Source of the DNA: Tubulanus polymorphus
Taxonomy: Eukaryota; Animalia; Nemertea
Length of the DNA stretch: 64,000 bases
Assembly: GCF_964204645.1 (NCBI RefSeq)
Contig: NC_134029.1
Location: forward strand, 7,838,850-7,902,849
Reading direction: 5' to 3'
In this document: piece after piece, positions 51,117 through 62,491 of the stretch
How positions within the stretch are numbered: position 1 is the first letter of the stretch
Layout of the letters: the number at the start of each line of letters is the position of its first letter
Program-made: the position numbers and the translations under genes
The notes under the pieces: model-generated
Databases searched by the model: none
What the model was told of the DNA's origin: nothing
The model's input: the letters and a program-made list of their open reading frames with translations, nothing else

Positions 51117-52751
51117 GATAAATCAACAGTAAGCCATCCAGTGCGATCTATTCGACCCGATGAAAAATCTCATTTATTTTGACCCAGTAACCTCGCACAA
51201 TTTCGTCACAGAAAAAATATATAAGCAATGTTGTATTAATAGTATATATGCATACAATATTCTTTCATGCTGTAAATTACATATTTTGTTTAATCTCGAT
51301 TAATGTTGTTATTTTGAGAATTGACATGTCTGGTTATGTAATAATTTATGTTGAGTTGTTTGGGTTGTTTGAGTTGTTTGTGGACAATTAGTGTCCGTGG
51401 TTACTCCTTGTCATAACATGTCATCACTAAAATTGTATATAAGGTTTTGATTCTGACAATTAAGAAGAATGTTGAGATGTAATAGATTTATGGTAGAGAA
51501 TAGAAACGAAGAAATATGAACATTATCAACGTTTAGTTTTGTCTTCTTGGTGGTCGCTGGTTTACTCTGCAGTCCGAGAAAAATGCTGCATGAAAATTCC
51601 TCATTTTCTTGGGAGATCCAAATTGTGTGAATATAACACGAGAATATCTGAACCTTGGGCAGGTTATTCTGAAAATCATATTCTAATGTAAGCGCAGCGG
51701 GAAGTTCTCGACACGGTTTCCAAAATACAAATTAGATATATATACTTGAAGTCATTCTCAGTGCAAAAATACACATTCAGGAATTTGTCAGAACACCGAA
51801 TTACTTCTGAAATACCTCTCATTAATTGTCAACATTGGAGGCACCAATACTTTCTCGTAGAATTCCAGTAAATCAGCATCATCAATAATCAGACTGATTG
51901 AACTGAGATGCGGATTTTTCTTAATCTTAGCATATTCAGCATATTTCTGGGCACCCAGCAATCATTTCCGTAAACTGCTGCTCTAACTAATGTGAGATGA
52001 TTTCCACCGTGTAATAAACCTAGCCGAACATCGGTTTTGCGAATGACAGTTAGTCGGAACTTGAGTGTGGAAATAGTCGACAACGGAATTGGGCGCGGTC
52101 GCTGTAGTTCGGATATATCACCAAGATCTACTGTGAAATGCGTTAAGACCGAACTAAAGTGCGTTCGGTTATTGGTTCCGACCACTAGTCGACTAGCTAC
52201 GAAAAAAATCGATGTTTGCCCTATCTGTTTATTGGCGATCCAATAACCTCAGTCAGTTAGACGAAGTTGTGCAAAAAAACACACAAAGACTAAGAACCAC
52301 ATTCAACCAGAAAACATCCCGTTTCGTTAAAGCATTTATTTCTACGGTTTTATAGAGATTTACCGACTTCCAAATCTGATTAATTAACATTTCAGCCATA
52401 AAGTTACATTTGTACATGTGATGAAAACCTTTGTGCACCAATTATTTTATGTAATATACGATTAAGCGTAAAACTACATCGCTTTATAGCGTACATAATT
52501 GAATAATACATAACTACATAATTTTATGATAGGAAAATACATGAAACGATGTGTAAAACACATTATATTCAACTAATAATTGAGCGACGCGAAAATCGCA
52601 AAGGTTCATATTCTTAAATCATGGAGAAGACAGCAGTTCGTTGAATTCTTCCATCATGAAAAAAAGAGACGGAACATCGATTATTTACATTCCGTATAAC
52701 GGTGGAAATCATATCATATCACGTATACAATGGTAATATTACGTTAAACAG

Positions 52752-53645
52752 TTATTTCCTAGCGATGACGAAGGTTTCATTAATATAAGGAACTATAGGA
52801 AATCCATGACGTTCAACGGTATATCTACGGACAGTATCTTGTATGCTAGCGCGTTGGTCGTCCGTTAGTTTACTGACATCCGTTTCTGCATAGAACGCCA
52901 GGGTATCATCAGCCAATTTACGAATTTCTTTATCCCGTTCACTGATACATGGACGACTGGGCATCAGAGCGATATGAACTAGCGTCCCAACTTCACCAAC
53001 TGTGTGCGAAAGCATTTGAGTTTTCGTTTTGGCTAAAATATCGCGAATACTGATGTTTTCGATGCAAGTATGCGGTTTTCTTACGGTAGTTTTCGATAAA
53101 GTGCGCTTTACTTCATTAGAAATTTTGGGTACGGAATTACTCGAGTCGACTGCAATAAACGATCGACCATTGCTGTTAGTGAGTTGAAAAAGCGACCTCT
53201 CCAGAACAGCAGCGGGATCATCCAAATAGTAGCAAACATGCGAAAACACTAATACATCGTAGAAGTGATTCGGTAGAAATGAGCCACTGTCTTTCGTAAA
53301 CGATCGGTTATGTATCGAATGAGTGAAGTTGAACCTTTTGGCCAGTAAACTCATCCGCTTTTTGAGCTCAACCACCATATGAGTATTCGGTTCCACGCAA
53401 TCAATCTGATCAATTTTAACATCACTTCCAATCGTATACAGTGTGTTTTCCAGCATATACCCATGGGCTGGACCTATTGACAGTACTTTCAATCCTCGAT
53501 CTTCTTTTGCAGAATTTTCAGCGAAACAGCAACGAAATGCTTTAGCCAAGTTTATGTATGTTGAATAGTCTGAATAGTCAAAACAACAACTGCAGAAATT
53601 CCGGAAAGAACCGAAAGCGTCGCTGTATATTTTGTCATCATCCAT
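52752..53645 (-). CDS. HNMT-like methyltransferase copy 5 (subtype B), intronless CDS
   Basis: 297 aa; 'VLSIGPAHG', 'DCVEPN', 'FSHVCYYL'. Possible 5'-UTR intron (donor cag|gtaaga at about 53902). Confidence 0.82.
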   Translation of the reverse strand: MDDDKIYSDAFGSFRNFCSCCFDYSDYSTYINLAKAFRCCFAENSAKEDRGLKVLSIGPAHGYMLENTLYTIGSDVKIDQIDCVEPNTHMVVELKKRMSLLAKRFNFTHSIHNRSFTKDSGSFLPNHFYDVLVFSHVCYYLDDPAAVLERSLFQLTNSNGRSFIAVDSSNSVPKISNEVKRTLSKTTVRKPHTCIENISIRDILAKTKTQMLSHTVGEVGTLVHIALMPSRPCISERDKEIRKLADDTLAFYAETDVSKLTDDQRASIQDTVRRYTVERHGFPIVPYINETFVIARK

Positions 53646-55062
53646 CTAACTGTATTCTAACCGCGGAACTGTTATAACCTTACGGAACCTCTACTCAGGG
53701 AGGTGGGAGTGTTTAACTGAACTATTATATCATGCTATTTGCAACACAGGAAATGACCCCCTTGAAGTGCCTTATTTGCAATTCGCCGGTAGAAATAGTA
53801 GCTGATTTTGTAGTACATGGCGCATATAAGCTGCAATGTAGTTGAAAAATATATGTTGAACAAATTGATACATCTGTTAATCGATGAAAGCAAGGATCTT
53901 ACCTGCGTGTATTTGCATAAGAGTTTATTTTTGAAGAGTACTAGTTCGACATGCAGTATAGGCAAGACATGTAATTCATCTCCAATCTATTGTGGATTAC
54001 AAAATAGGCAGATTCTGTGAGCTATATTTCATATACTGTGACATTGACGTTCCCACGCTGCCAAGTGGCGGGCAGCTAATTTTGTCAAAGCCGTATGCGA
54101 TTGCGCAAGTCGGCGAATTTTATCCGGGAGTTACATTTGAATGCTGCTTTGCACTTGAAGCGGTTTGGATACTGATTATGATCCACAGACGTCGAAAATT
54201 AGGAAAAAATCGGATATGAAAATATCTATATCAAAAATTTTTGGCTTTGTGTAAATATCCGATTGTGAAACTAAACCACGACACGTAGGCTAGACTGCTT
54301 TAAAGAATAAGCATTTCTTCTTCCCGTGTCGTCCAACTTCCAGTTTTCGGGCGTAAATATTTCGAAGGCGATTATTACGAATTTTTTAAGGTACGGAAAC
54401 ATTTTCATTTGTGATTATATTTTGATGGAAATATGATTTCTTAAAAAATGATTTCATCTTTTAAGAACGGTTTTATGGCCCCCTATCAAGAACGGCGCGC
54501 GGGCCAGAGCTTTTTGTTTTTTGTGTTTTAAATCAAATAGCCACAATTTTCTCTCCGTGTAATATCTTCATTGTGTTCAATTTTAAACTGATTTCATTTA
54601 ATTTGACCATGGACTCTAAAACAAATCGTTTTCTAATCGGATTTGACCGTAGTGTTCGAACTGTGAAATCGTTGGACGGTCGGTGAGGTGGAAATGGTCC
54701 GGGCCTGAGTCCGTTTCTTAAGAGGAAGCCACGTTACGGTAGCGGATTATTCATTATTTATTGTGACAGCAGTCAATACGTCAAAGTTTAATTTTGAAAT
54801 CCTATATCTTATTAATCAATCAATCTTAATCTTCGGGTGCGAATCATTTGAAGAATCGTCCCCTTTTCGGATGTAGATTATAGGCCTACTCTTGTTGCTG
54901 TTAAGTGTGAATAACTTTTCCATCTCTATTTCAATTTCATTATTTTAGATGAGGAAGTAAATGGTTATAACCACTTCCTTTACTTTAGTAGTCACCTTTC
55001 TTTTTTGGACTTTTCTTGACTTGGGCTTGGCTAGTGTATAGAGTATTGTAAGTGAAACTAAC

Positions 55063-55155
55063 TAGGGTTAGGGTTAGTAGTGGAAAGACGCTGCGCTAGC
55101 AATAATATGCTGGCCCGGGCTCGAATACTGCTCTATCGATCGGCTCTATTTTCAC
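55063..55155 (+). mobile_element. Decayed second copy of the TTAGGG + tRNA-like module
   Basis: agggttagggttag followed by tagtggaaagacgctgcgctagcaataatatgctggcccgggctcgaatactgctctat, alignable to 39340-39400 (minus). Confidence 0.7.
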
Positions 55156-55430
55156 TTTTGCCTATGTCATCGATTGGCCTGACTCTTCTTCTTAATTAGT
55201 TACCTATTCGTTGATGGTAAGCTTTCATAATCTGATATGCTTAGGCCTATACCAACCAATCCTGAAGCTAAACTACAGTCAGACAGGCAAGGGCCTCGGA
55301 TAGAAAGCTTTGTGTACCCGTATATGGATCCATATCACGAATGACCAGCCCCATAATTTTCATATAAAAGAAATACTGAAATTGAGCAACTCCAATTGTC
55401 GTTTCTCTTTTCAGATTTCGTTATTCACAA

Positions 55431-58400
55431 ATGGCTGATGAACGTGCAGCGGTGGACGACATGTCGTTGATAATCTATCGTTCGATTCAACGTCTTTCGG
55501 AGGAGGCATTCCTCTACATCGACCAGGCGTTAAATTGCGACCACCAGGGCCAAAGCGAACAAGCCGTCGTACTCTACGGCAAAGCGCTCGACACGATCGA
55601 CAAAGCCTCGAACGTCAACTGCAACGCTCCCGAGAACAACGGCGCGAAGCGAACGAAATCGCTCGCGTTACAAGAAAAACTACGCATCACGCAAACTCAA
55701 ATACGAACGCGAGTCGACGATTTGGGGAGTAACGTCGCGGTCGCCCGCGCGCTAGCCGACCCTCCGCCGAGTTATGAAGAATCGGTTTCGCCGACGGAAT
55801 CGAAATCGAGTATCGATCGACAATTTCAGGACCTCGGCGACGAACTGATGACCGATGGATGCGATTCCGACGATAACGAAGCCGTAGAAATATTCTGCTT
55901 GATCGAAGGGGTGCAGATTTACTACATCACGCCCGAAGGCTATGTAAGCGCTCCGTCGTATCCGTCGTCTTTGCGAATCTTCCAATTTTCGAAGGATGCA
56001 ACGTCGACTAGCAATCGGCCGCCTGCTTTTCTACAAGTCGGCGACTGGACGTATCCATTTTTAGCGGGCACTTCGCCATCATTGCTAACAAATATCGGTG
56101 CTTATGTGTTTCCGGATCCATTGGCAGAAGTTGAAGGTAATTGAGTTAGGAAGATGGAAATGTTTTGAAATTTCTAAATTCTTCCCGTGATTCCTTAAAC
56201 TCCTTAACTGAAAATGTTTTCAAAGGTTCTTGAAATGCCTTTAATTTGAGCAAAATGCCTGAAACTCTTTTAAAACTAAATTTTAATTTTGAAAAATAGG
56301 CTATTAGAAAAAATGTCTGTAGTTGTCCAGAAAACGCCCAAATCGGTCAGTTGGGACCCAGATTTATTTTTTACCCGATCAGGCAGTTACCAAATTAGAA
56401 ACTGAGCAGTTAGTGTAAAAGATAAAAATTTGCTTACAAAACCGCTGAATTACTGGTTTACCAAGATAAACAGAACCAATTTGGGAGGAGTCTACAGTCA
56501 TCAGGATATGAAAGTGATGCAGACACTTCTCGAAATTTGAAATTTTCACCTTGAAAACTCCTTATATCCAGGAATGACCCGACCAGTCTGTACCTGTGTT
56601 TACAGTTTCATTCAATTTCTTTCCCTTCCAATCCAGGATCGGCAGTCGGGGTCATACTGCCCGAATCGGTGACAGCCGAACAGCGATTGAAATTCGAGCA
56701 GATGCTGGACTTTCTAACGTGTATGCGCACACAGCAACAAGTAGCGGAAGAACCGAGGTTCGATGATGAACAATACGAAGTGGTCGGTCGCAGACGCACT
56801 AGTGAAACTATATCTAGAGGTATTATAACTGGTATGTGTCGTCAGTTATTTCATTTATTTTGCTTATTTATGAATTTTCGTCTATGTAATGTTTTAATTC
56901 GTCTCCGATCAAAGCGATGCAGCGGACATAAACAGTTCGTGACAGATACCGAATTTGACAAGATTTCATTTCTCCGCTGAGGAAGCAGTACCGGTATCTC
57001 GTCTATATTTGAATCGTGCTGTATAGTAGACTGCTTGCCTAGAATCTGGTGGGACCAATTAATTCTCTCAGAGGTACCAGAACCCGAATTCAGGGGCAGT
57101 CAGATTAGGGATTAGCCTTTTCGAATTACTAGTACCGGGTATACTGTCCGGGGCACGTAATACTCTGAGGCAGTCGACTCCAAGTAAACAGAATCTACTG
57201 TATGGAGCTTGTATGCAAAATTTCAATCGTAAATGAATTTGTGCTTTACAGCGGCGGAGTGGATTTCCTGGGGAATCAAAAAAGGAGCAGAAAAAAGTGG
57301 CGAACTGATGCAGAAAGGATCCGAGAAGTTAAAGGAGCGACTCGAACCAGAAGGAACTGCTCGATCCGTTGACCCCCGCGTCAAACAGGGTTTGGAGGTC
57401 GCTAGAAAAGCAAGCGGAGTAGCGGTTAAAGTCAGCTCTTGTGTCGGTAGGTTCTTCATTGGGTAGCAAAGATGACCTGTTACAACGAAATGAGGCCCAG
57501 CAGGTTGATACCATATAATGTTTTTGTGATTTACAGTCAATAAACTGGGTCAAGCTACGATGGCAGTTGGACGTCACGTAGCTCCTCATCTACGAAGAGG
57601 AGGCGAAAAAATTCTACCAAGATCTTGGACGAGCACCGACTCCCCGGATGGTCAGAGTAAAATGGACGCTGTATTTGAAGTTGCGGGAAGTGGACTGCTA
57701 GGTGCGCTGGTTTTGCGAGAAAGATTCACTCAAATGACCCCTTTCCCTAGAATCTGTGTTTTTTCACGCGTTCTTTTATTGAAATATTCTCTAGGTTTCG
57801 CTACCATCTATTCATCGCTGGAACATGCTGCGAAAGCACTAGCTCGGAACATAAGAGATGAAACTGTTGTTATAGTGGATCACAAGTATGTATTCTAAAA
57901 CTTGTTCGCATTCTCTTGGTTCAAAACTGGTATATCAGTCCTTGAATCGCAGTCAAAAAAAGTCCTTGAAAATCATTAGATGAGATTGATCATGACACTA
58001 AGAATGCTGTTCCTTGAGTAAGCCAAATAATCCAGTTGCGACTCATGAAATTAATCCAGTTAATGAGAAATCTGAATTAAACAAATTTTGCATACTACAT
58101 TTTATCTATAGATGGACCAGATCATATCCAAATTAGATCAGAATATGGATTCAACTGATCCAGATTGAGTGAGGACTATTCTAAAATCCATATGTTTTTT
58201 TTGTTTTTGTAGATATGGCAAAGAAGCAGCGGGTGTAACGCATACCTCACTATCAACTGCTGGGAATGCATTAATGACGGCTCATAACGTCAGCGCCCTC
58301 GGAGCGAAGGCTATCGCGAAACGCGTAGCTAAAGACGCCGGTGCGGCCGTCGTCGAAGACGTCAACAACGAGCAAACCAAAAAGAAAAAGAAATCGATGT

Positions 58401-58444
58401 GCGATTCCGAAAACGGGACATCAGAGAAACGAATAGATAGTTAG
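55431..58444 (+). CDS. SPART: Spartin; exons 55431-56136, 56637-56831, 57252-57446, 57537-57701, 57795-57885, 58213-58444
   Basis: N-terminal MIT domain ('EAFLYIDQALNCD'), PPxY 'DPPPSYEE', 'GVQIYYITPEGYVSAPSYPSSLRI', 'PPAFLQVGDWTYP', and senescence domain 'GFATIYSSLEHAAKALA...ETVVIVDHKYG'. Confidence 0.93.
57024..57200. mobile_element. Tc1/mariner-type MITE relic in a spartin intron
   Basis: TA|tagtagactgcttg ... aaacagaatctactg|TA. Confidence 0.5.
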
Positions 58445-59280
58445 AGGTTTTTGCTATCGTTAAAGCTAAAGATGGCCACGCATACTTATTATCTTTGAGG
58501 GCGGCATCCTGGTTTAATGTTGGGTCGATTTCATGAGGTAATGGTCTGGTAAGGGTGGTAAAAACTATCAAAAGCCAGCAGAATATGAATGCCACTTTTG
58601 GTGGTTAACCACGATCCTCCTTAAAACACCATCCTTGCCTCGTGAGGATGCTGACTGCGTGTCATGAGGTTATTCCTTCCTGCATGAGGCGGTGATCAAA
58701 AAGTGAGAATCTTCACCATTCGAAATGTTGCGAACGGTTATATAATCGGGAGAACGTCTATGTCTGAGTCCACCAGGCTGCGGACGAATAGTCGAATCTG
58801 TTTAAACCCAGATTTTGATCTTATCTGGCTCTAATTTCTAAGTGCATCTATAAATGGATGTATATAAAACATCGCGTTTCATCCAGATTTCTTGTTAACT
58901 GGACGAATTTCATCACTCCATAATGATCCGAACGAAGCAGATTATACTATAATCTCGCAGGTTGTAATTGTCTCATTATATGTACAGAAACTGTAGCTCG
59001 GGCTTCCCTTAGCATACATGTAAGATATGATAATGTTTTTTAGAAAGAAGCAGAGAGGTAACTAACTGTGATAGTTGTCTTGATTTGTTTGTACTGTTTA
59101 TTCTGTAACTGTTCACGAATGGTGAAAGTGTTGAAAACGTGAATATATTGATGCATTATTCTCTAAAGACTGCTACAAGTTCTAGTCATTACCATAATTT
59201 GTATAAAAAATACATGTATTTTTGTTTATATGCATTGTAGGCAGTATATGTGCGGGCTTACTCTAAAAAACTGTAATTGA

Positions 59281-59286
59281 AATAAA
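59281..59286 (+). terminator. Candidate polyadenylation signal of spartin
   Basis: AATAAA followed by a T/GT-rich tract, about 840 nt after the stop. Confidence 0.45.
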
Positions 59287-62200
59287 TATCATTAACTTTC
59301 ATACATTTGAGATTTGGTTTCATTTTCTTCTTACTAGAAACGTGATGAATTGTTCATATCATCAAATTTTACCAAATGAATGAAGATAACCGGTATTTCA
59401 TTTCTTACCTTGTCGGATATACCGGGTATTTACAATCTCTTCACCCATCTCTTTTGTTGCATGCGTAAATCTGGCGCCAAAATTCGTCACATGATCGAAG
59501 CATCTTCCATCTCAAAATCTGGTTAAAGCAATCGACTACGAGAACCAAAGGCCCTGGGCCCAATATATAGTCTTAAGTCCAAAAGTGGTCATAAATCGTG
59601 TCTAAGTCATGACGACTGCAACTGGCTCTAATCTAAATACTCAAAAATTTCCAAGTAAATTGAGGATGAAGGTTGGAGACAAAGTAAATGCGAATGTCAT
59701 TTGCACTATTGATCACTATTGGTTGGAATCCTTTGAGAAACATTGCTACGAACCAATCTAGCTACGGTACGATTCTGGCGGGAACAATTTTTTGTCTTGT
59801 TTTAATTGGGTTACGTCGTATTCATGTTGCAGAATTAAATTTTACTCGGGGGCGACACAGAAATATTTCGTTGAACTAAACTTTGAGTCATAAGCCAAAT
59901 TTCTGAACTAGGGTTAGACTGTTCTTACTAAGAAACAAGACTAGACAAAAGCATAAAATACCAAGTGAAATACACGTATTAGTTTTTTAATTGGTTTATT
60001 TCTGTGTTATTATTATTCATATTTCACCGATAATTTATGTTTACGTTATGATAATATTAGTAATAATGATATATTATTATTCTATACAAATCCCTGTCCT
60101 GATAAAATACGCAGCACGAAAGTCGAATTTACATCATCGATAAATTCATACCATATACATACAATCATTTTACATGAACAGTTGAAATAAATACTGTATC
60201 AAATCTATCGCAACTATTTATTCATGCATATTCTTACAATTCTCTAACTGTTCATACGTAATCTCTACACAGACTACACAAACAAATACAGCAGAACTCA
60301 ACTTAATTCGGATGACTAGGGACTGCCCAGATTTCTTCGAATACAGTAAAATCCGAATTATGGATAATAGTTTAAATGGTTCCAGGTTAAATGACCAAAT
60401 ATTTCATTCAAATTAAGCGAGTTCTACTGTACGCAACTGATTCCGAAAGATTGTGCGCGGGTACACGCATCTACAGTAAAACAGGAATTTTTTTGTTGTC
60501 ACTCACAAATTGGATCATATTACATAAGGAAATCAATTGAAGTAACCCACCTCACACGAGCGCGGAAGATATCAAGCAAAGAATGACAACCAAATTCCAG
60601 ATTTAATTTGATTACAATTTAAGCCAATTGCTAGACTAAAGCCATTACTGTAACTACCGGTAGGCTCTGGGCTCAGTTCCAGTCAAATCATGAAAGTCCA
60701 TAATATCAAACCGTCTAAATCATCGATCTTGCCTGATGAATGTGGTCCCTGATGATTATATGACTTAAATACTATTGTATGATAAAGTATAGCGTAATAA
60801 TATATAGCCTTATAGATTACAGTGTAGCACATATATTTGAATCTCGTATCTGGGCAAGTTTAAATGGCGAATAAACTTGAATTTCGACATGAATAAAAGA
60901 ACTCGACTATGGGTTTAATGCCCTTGTTAGACCAGCTCCTTCCCGCTCTCCAAGACTTCTTAATTATGTAGTTTTCTGAATATGTATTCTATTTACATAA
61001 TATGTCATCACAGATGAAATATTATTCATTATTATTATTATCATTATTATTATTAGTATTTTTATTATTATTAGTATCATTAATCATCTAACATCTTAAC
61101 AATATCGTTAACGGCAAGACTCTATATAACAATTATTTCGCAACGAAAAAGGCAGCTATTTACAACACGGTTTTTCTCAAGCAGACATCATTAACAACAA
61201 TCAACACTGACAGACTTATAATTTTCTATGTTACATTGCAAACTATACATGGTTAAGATTCAGGCCAAAGTTGTTCTACCTTTATATACAGGAAAGTATT
61301 GCAGTAGTAATATTGAGAAAAGCCCTCGATGATGTGATAAAGTGTTCCAAATCACTGAATCTCTGATGGCCCGCTTGATTTTGTCAGATCCAAAAAATTG
61401 GACGCAGTAGTTTTTTAGATTGTGTCTCTAGTTCAGGAAATCGAATCTTAATAGCTACATACTCGGCCTGGGTATTTCACTTACTTTAACCAAGTAGGGC
61501 GAATCCGCATTCCCAAAAGGGTAAAAAATTTGATAGAATCTAGGTCCTAGAAATCGGGAGAAAAGGGCATTTTCTAAAAGCAAACTCTGATCTTTTTTTG
61601 GAAGCATTGTTTCTCATACTCTTTTCATCATCAGTTAGATTGTTTCATAAAATGATGATACATAAAATTCCATATTCCATGAAAAGGGTAATAAGATAAG
61701 GGTAATCATTATTAATCTGGGAATGAGCATGTCCTACTATCTTACTTAAGAAGTGAAGGGCCTGGTATACTCAGCAGGTATTTGAACTTATGGCATTGTG
61801 ATGTTCCGCCACAACACTATACCGTGCACGGGTATGTGCAAAAAATCGTCGTACACAAATGTGTGGACTAATCATATTTCCTGATACGATTTGCTTTTAC
61901 TGCAAAAACAAGTGACTGGCTGATTGGCTTATACCTGTGCACCGATAGGGCACAGTTTTGTACCGCAGTTTTATGATGTCATCGGGATGAATACACAATA
62001 TGTTTTATATTGACAAAATCAAAATGAAACCCAATGACAGCGCATTATGAAAGTATGGCAAAACATAGAAGTACATGTATAAACGACTGACTACCGAGTT
62101 GGTAGGATGAAGCGAGATCAATGAATCTTTTCATTAGAAGGGGCGTGGAGAGAGAAAGAGAGAGGAATGTGAAAAGAATCTCTTGTAAGTATATTCGAAA

Positions 62201-62491
62201 AGATCATAGCACCATACACAGCATATCCAGCCTGTTCGAGAAGTAATTAACATCGTAATACAGTATTGTACAAGCGGGGTTTCCACTTGAGGAATCAAAA
62301 ATCACTGAAAGTTTGTTTGACTGCATCAGTTTTTTGAAAAGCCTCACTCATAAATGTTTTTGAGAAGAATACTGTCGAGTCTCAGACCGGATCGCGGTAC
62401 CGATTCCGAATGATTTCTACAGAAACGCATGGTTGAGCAAAGTACAACAACGAATACTGTTGCAACATCGTAAATCAAATTGAGACGATCG

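Noticed and set aside
43725-53645. Bacterial operon or contamination as explanation for the intronless array
   Set aside because: Genes are separated by 0.9-1.6 kb spacers containing host MITE ends and poly(A)-like signals, and the array is contiguous with spliced animal genes. Ancient horizontal transfer of the founder is not excluded.
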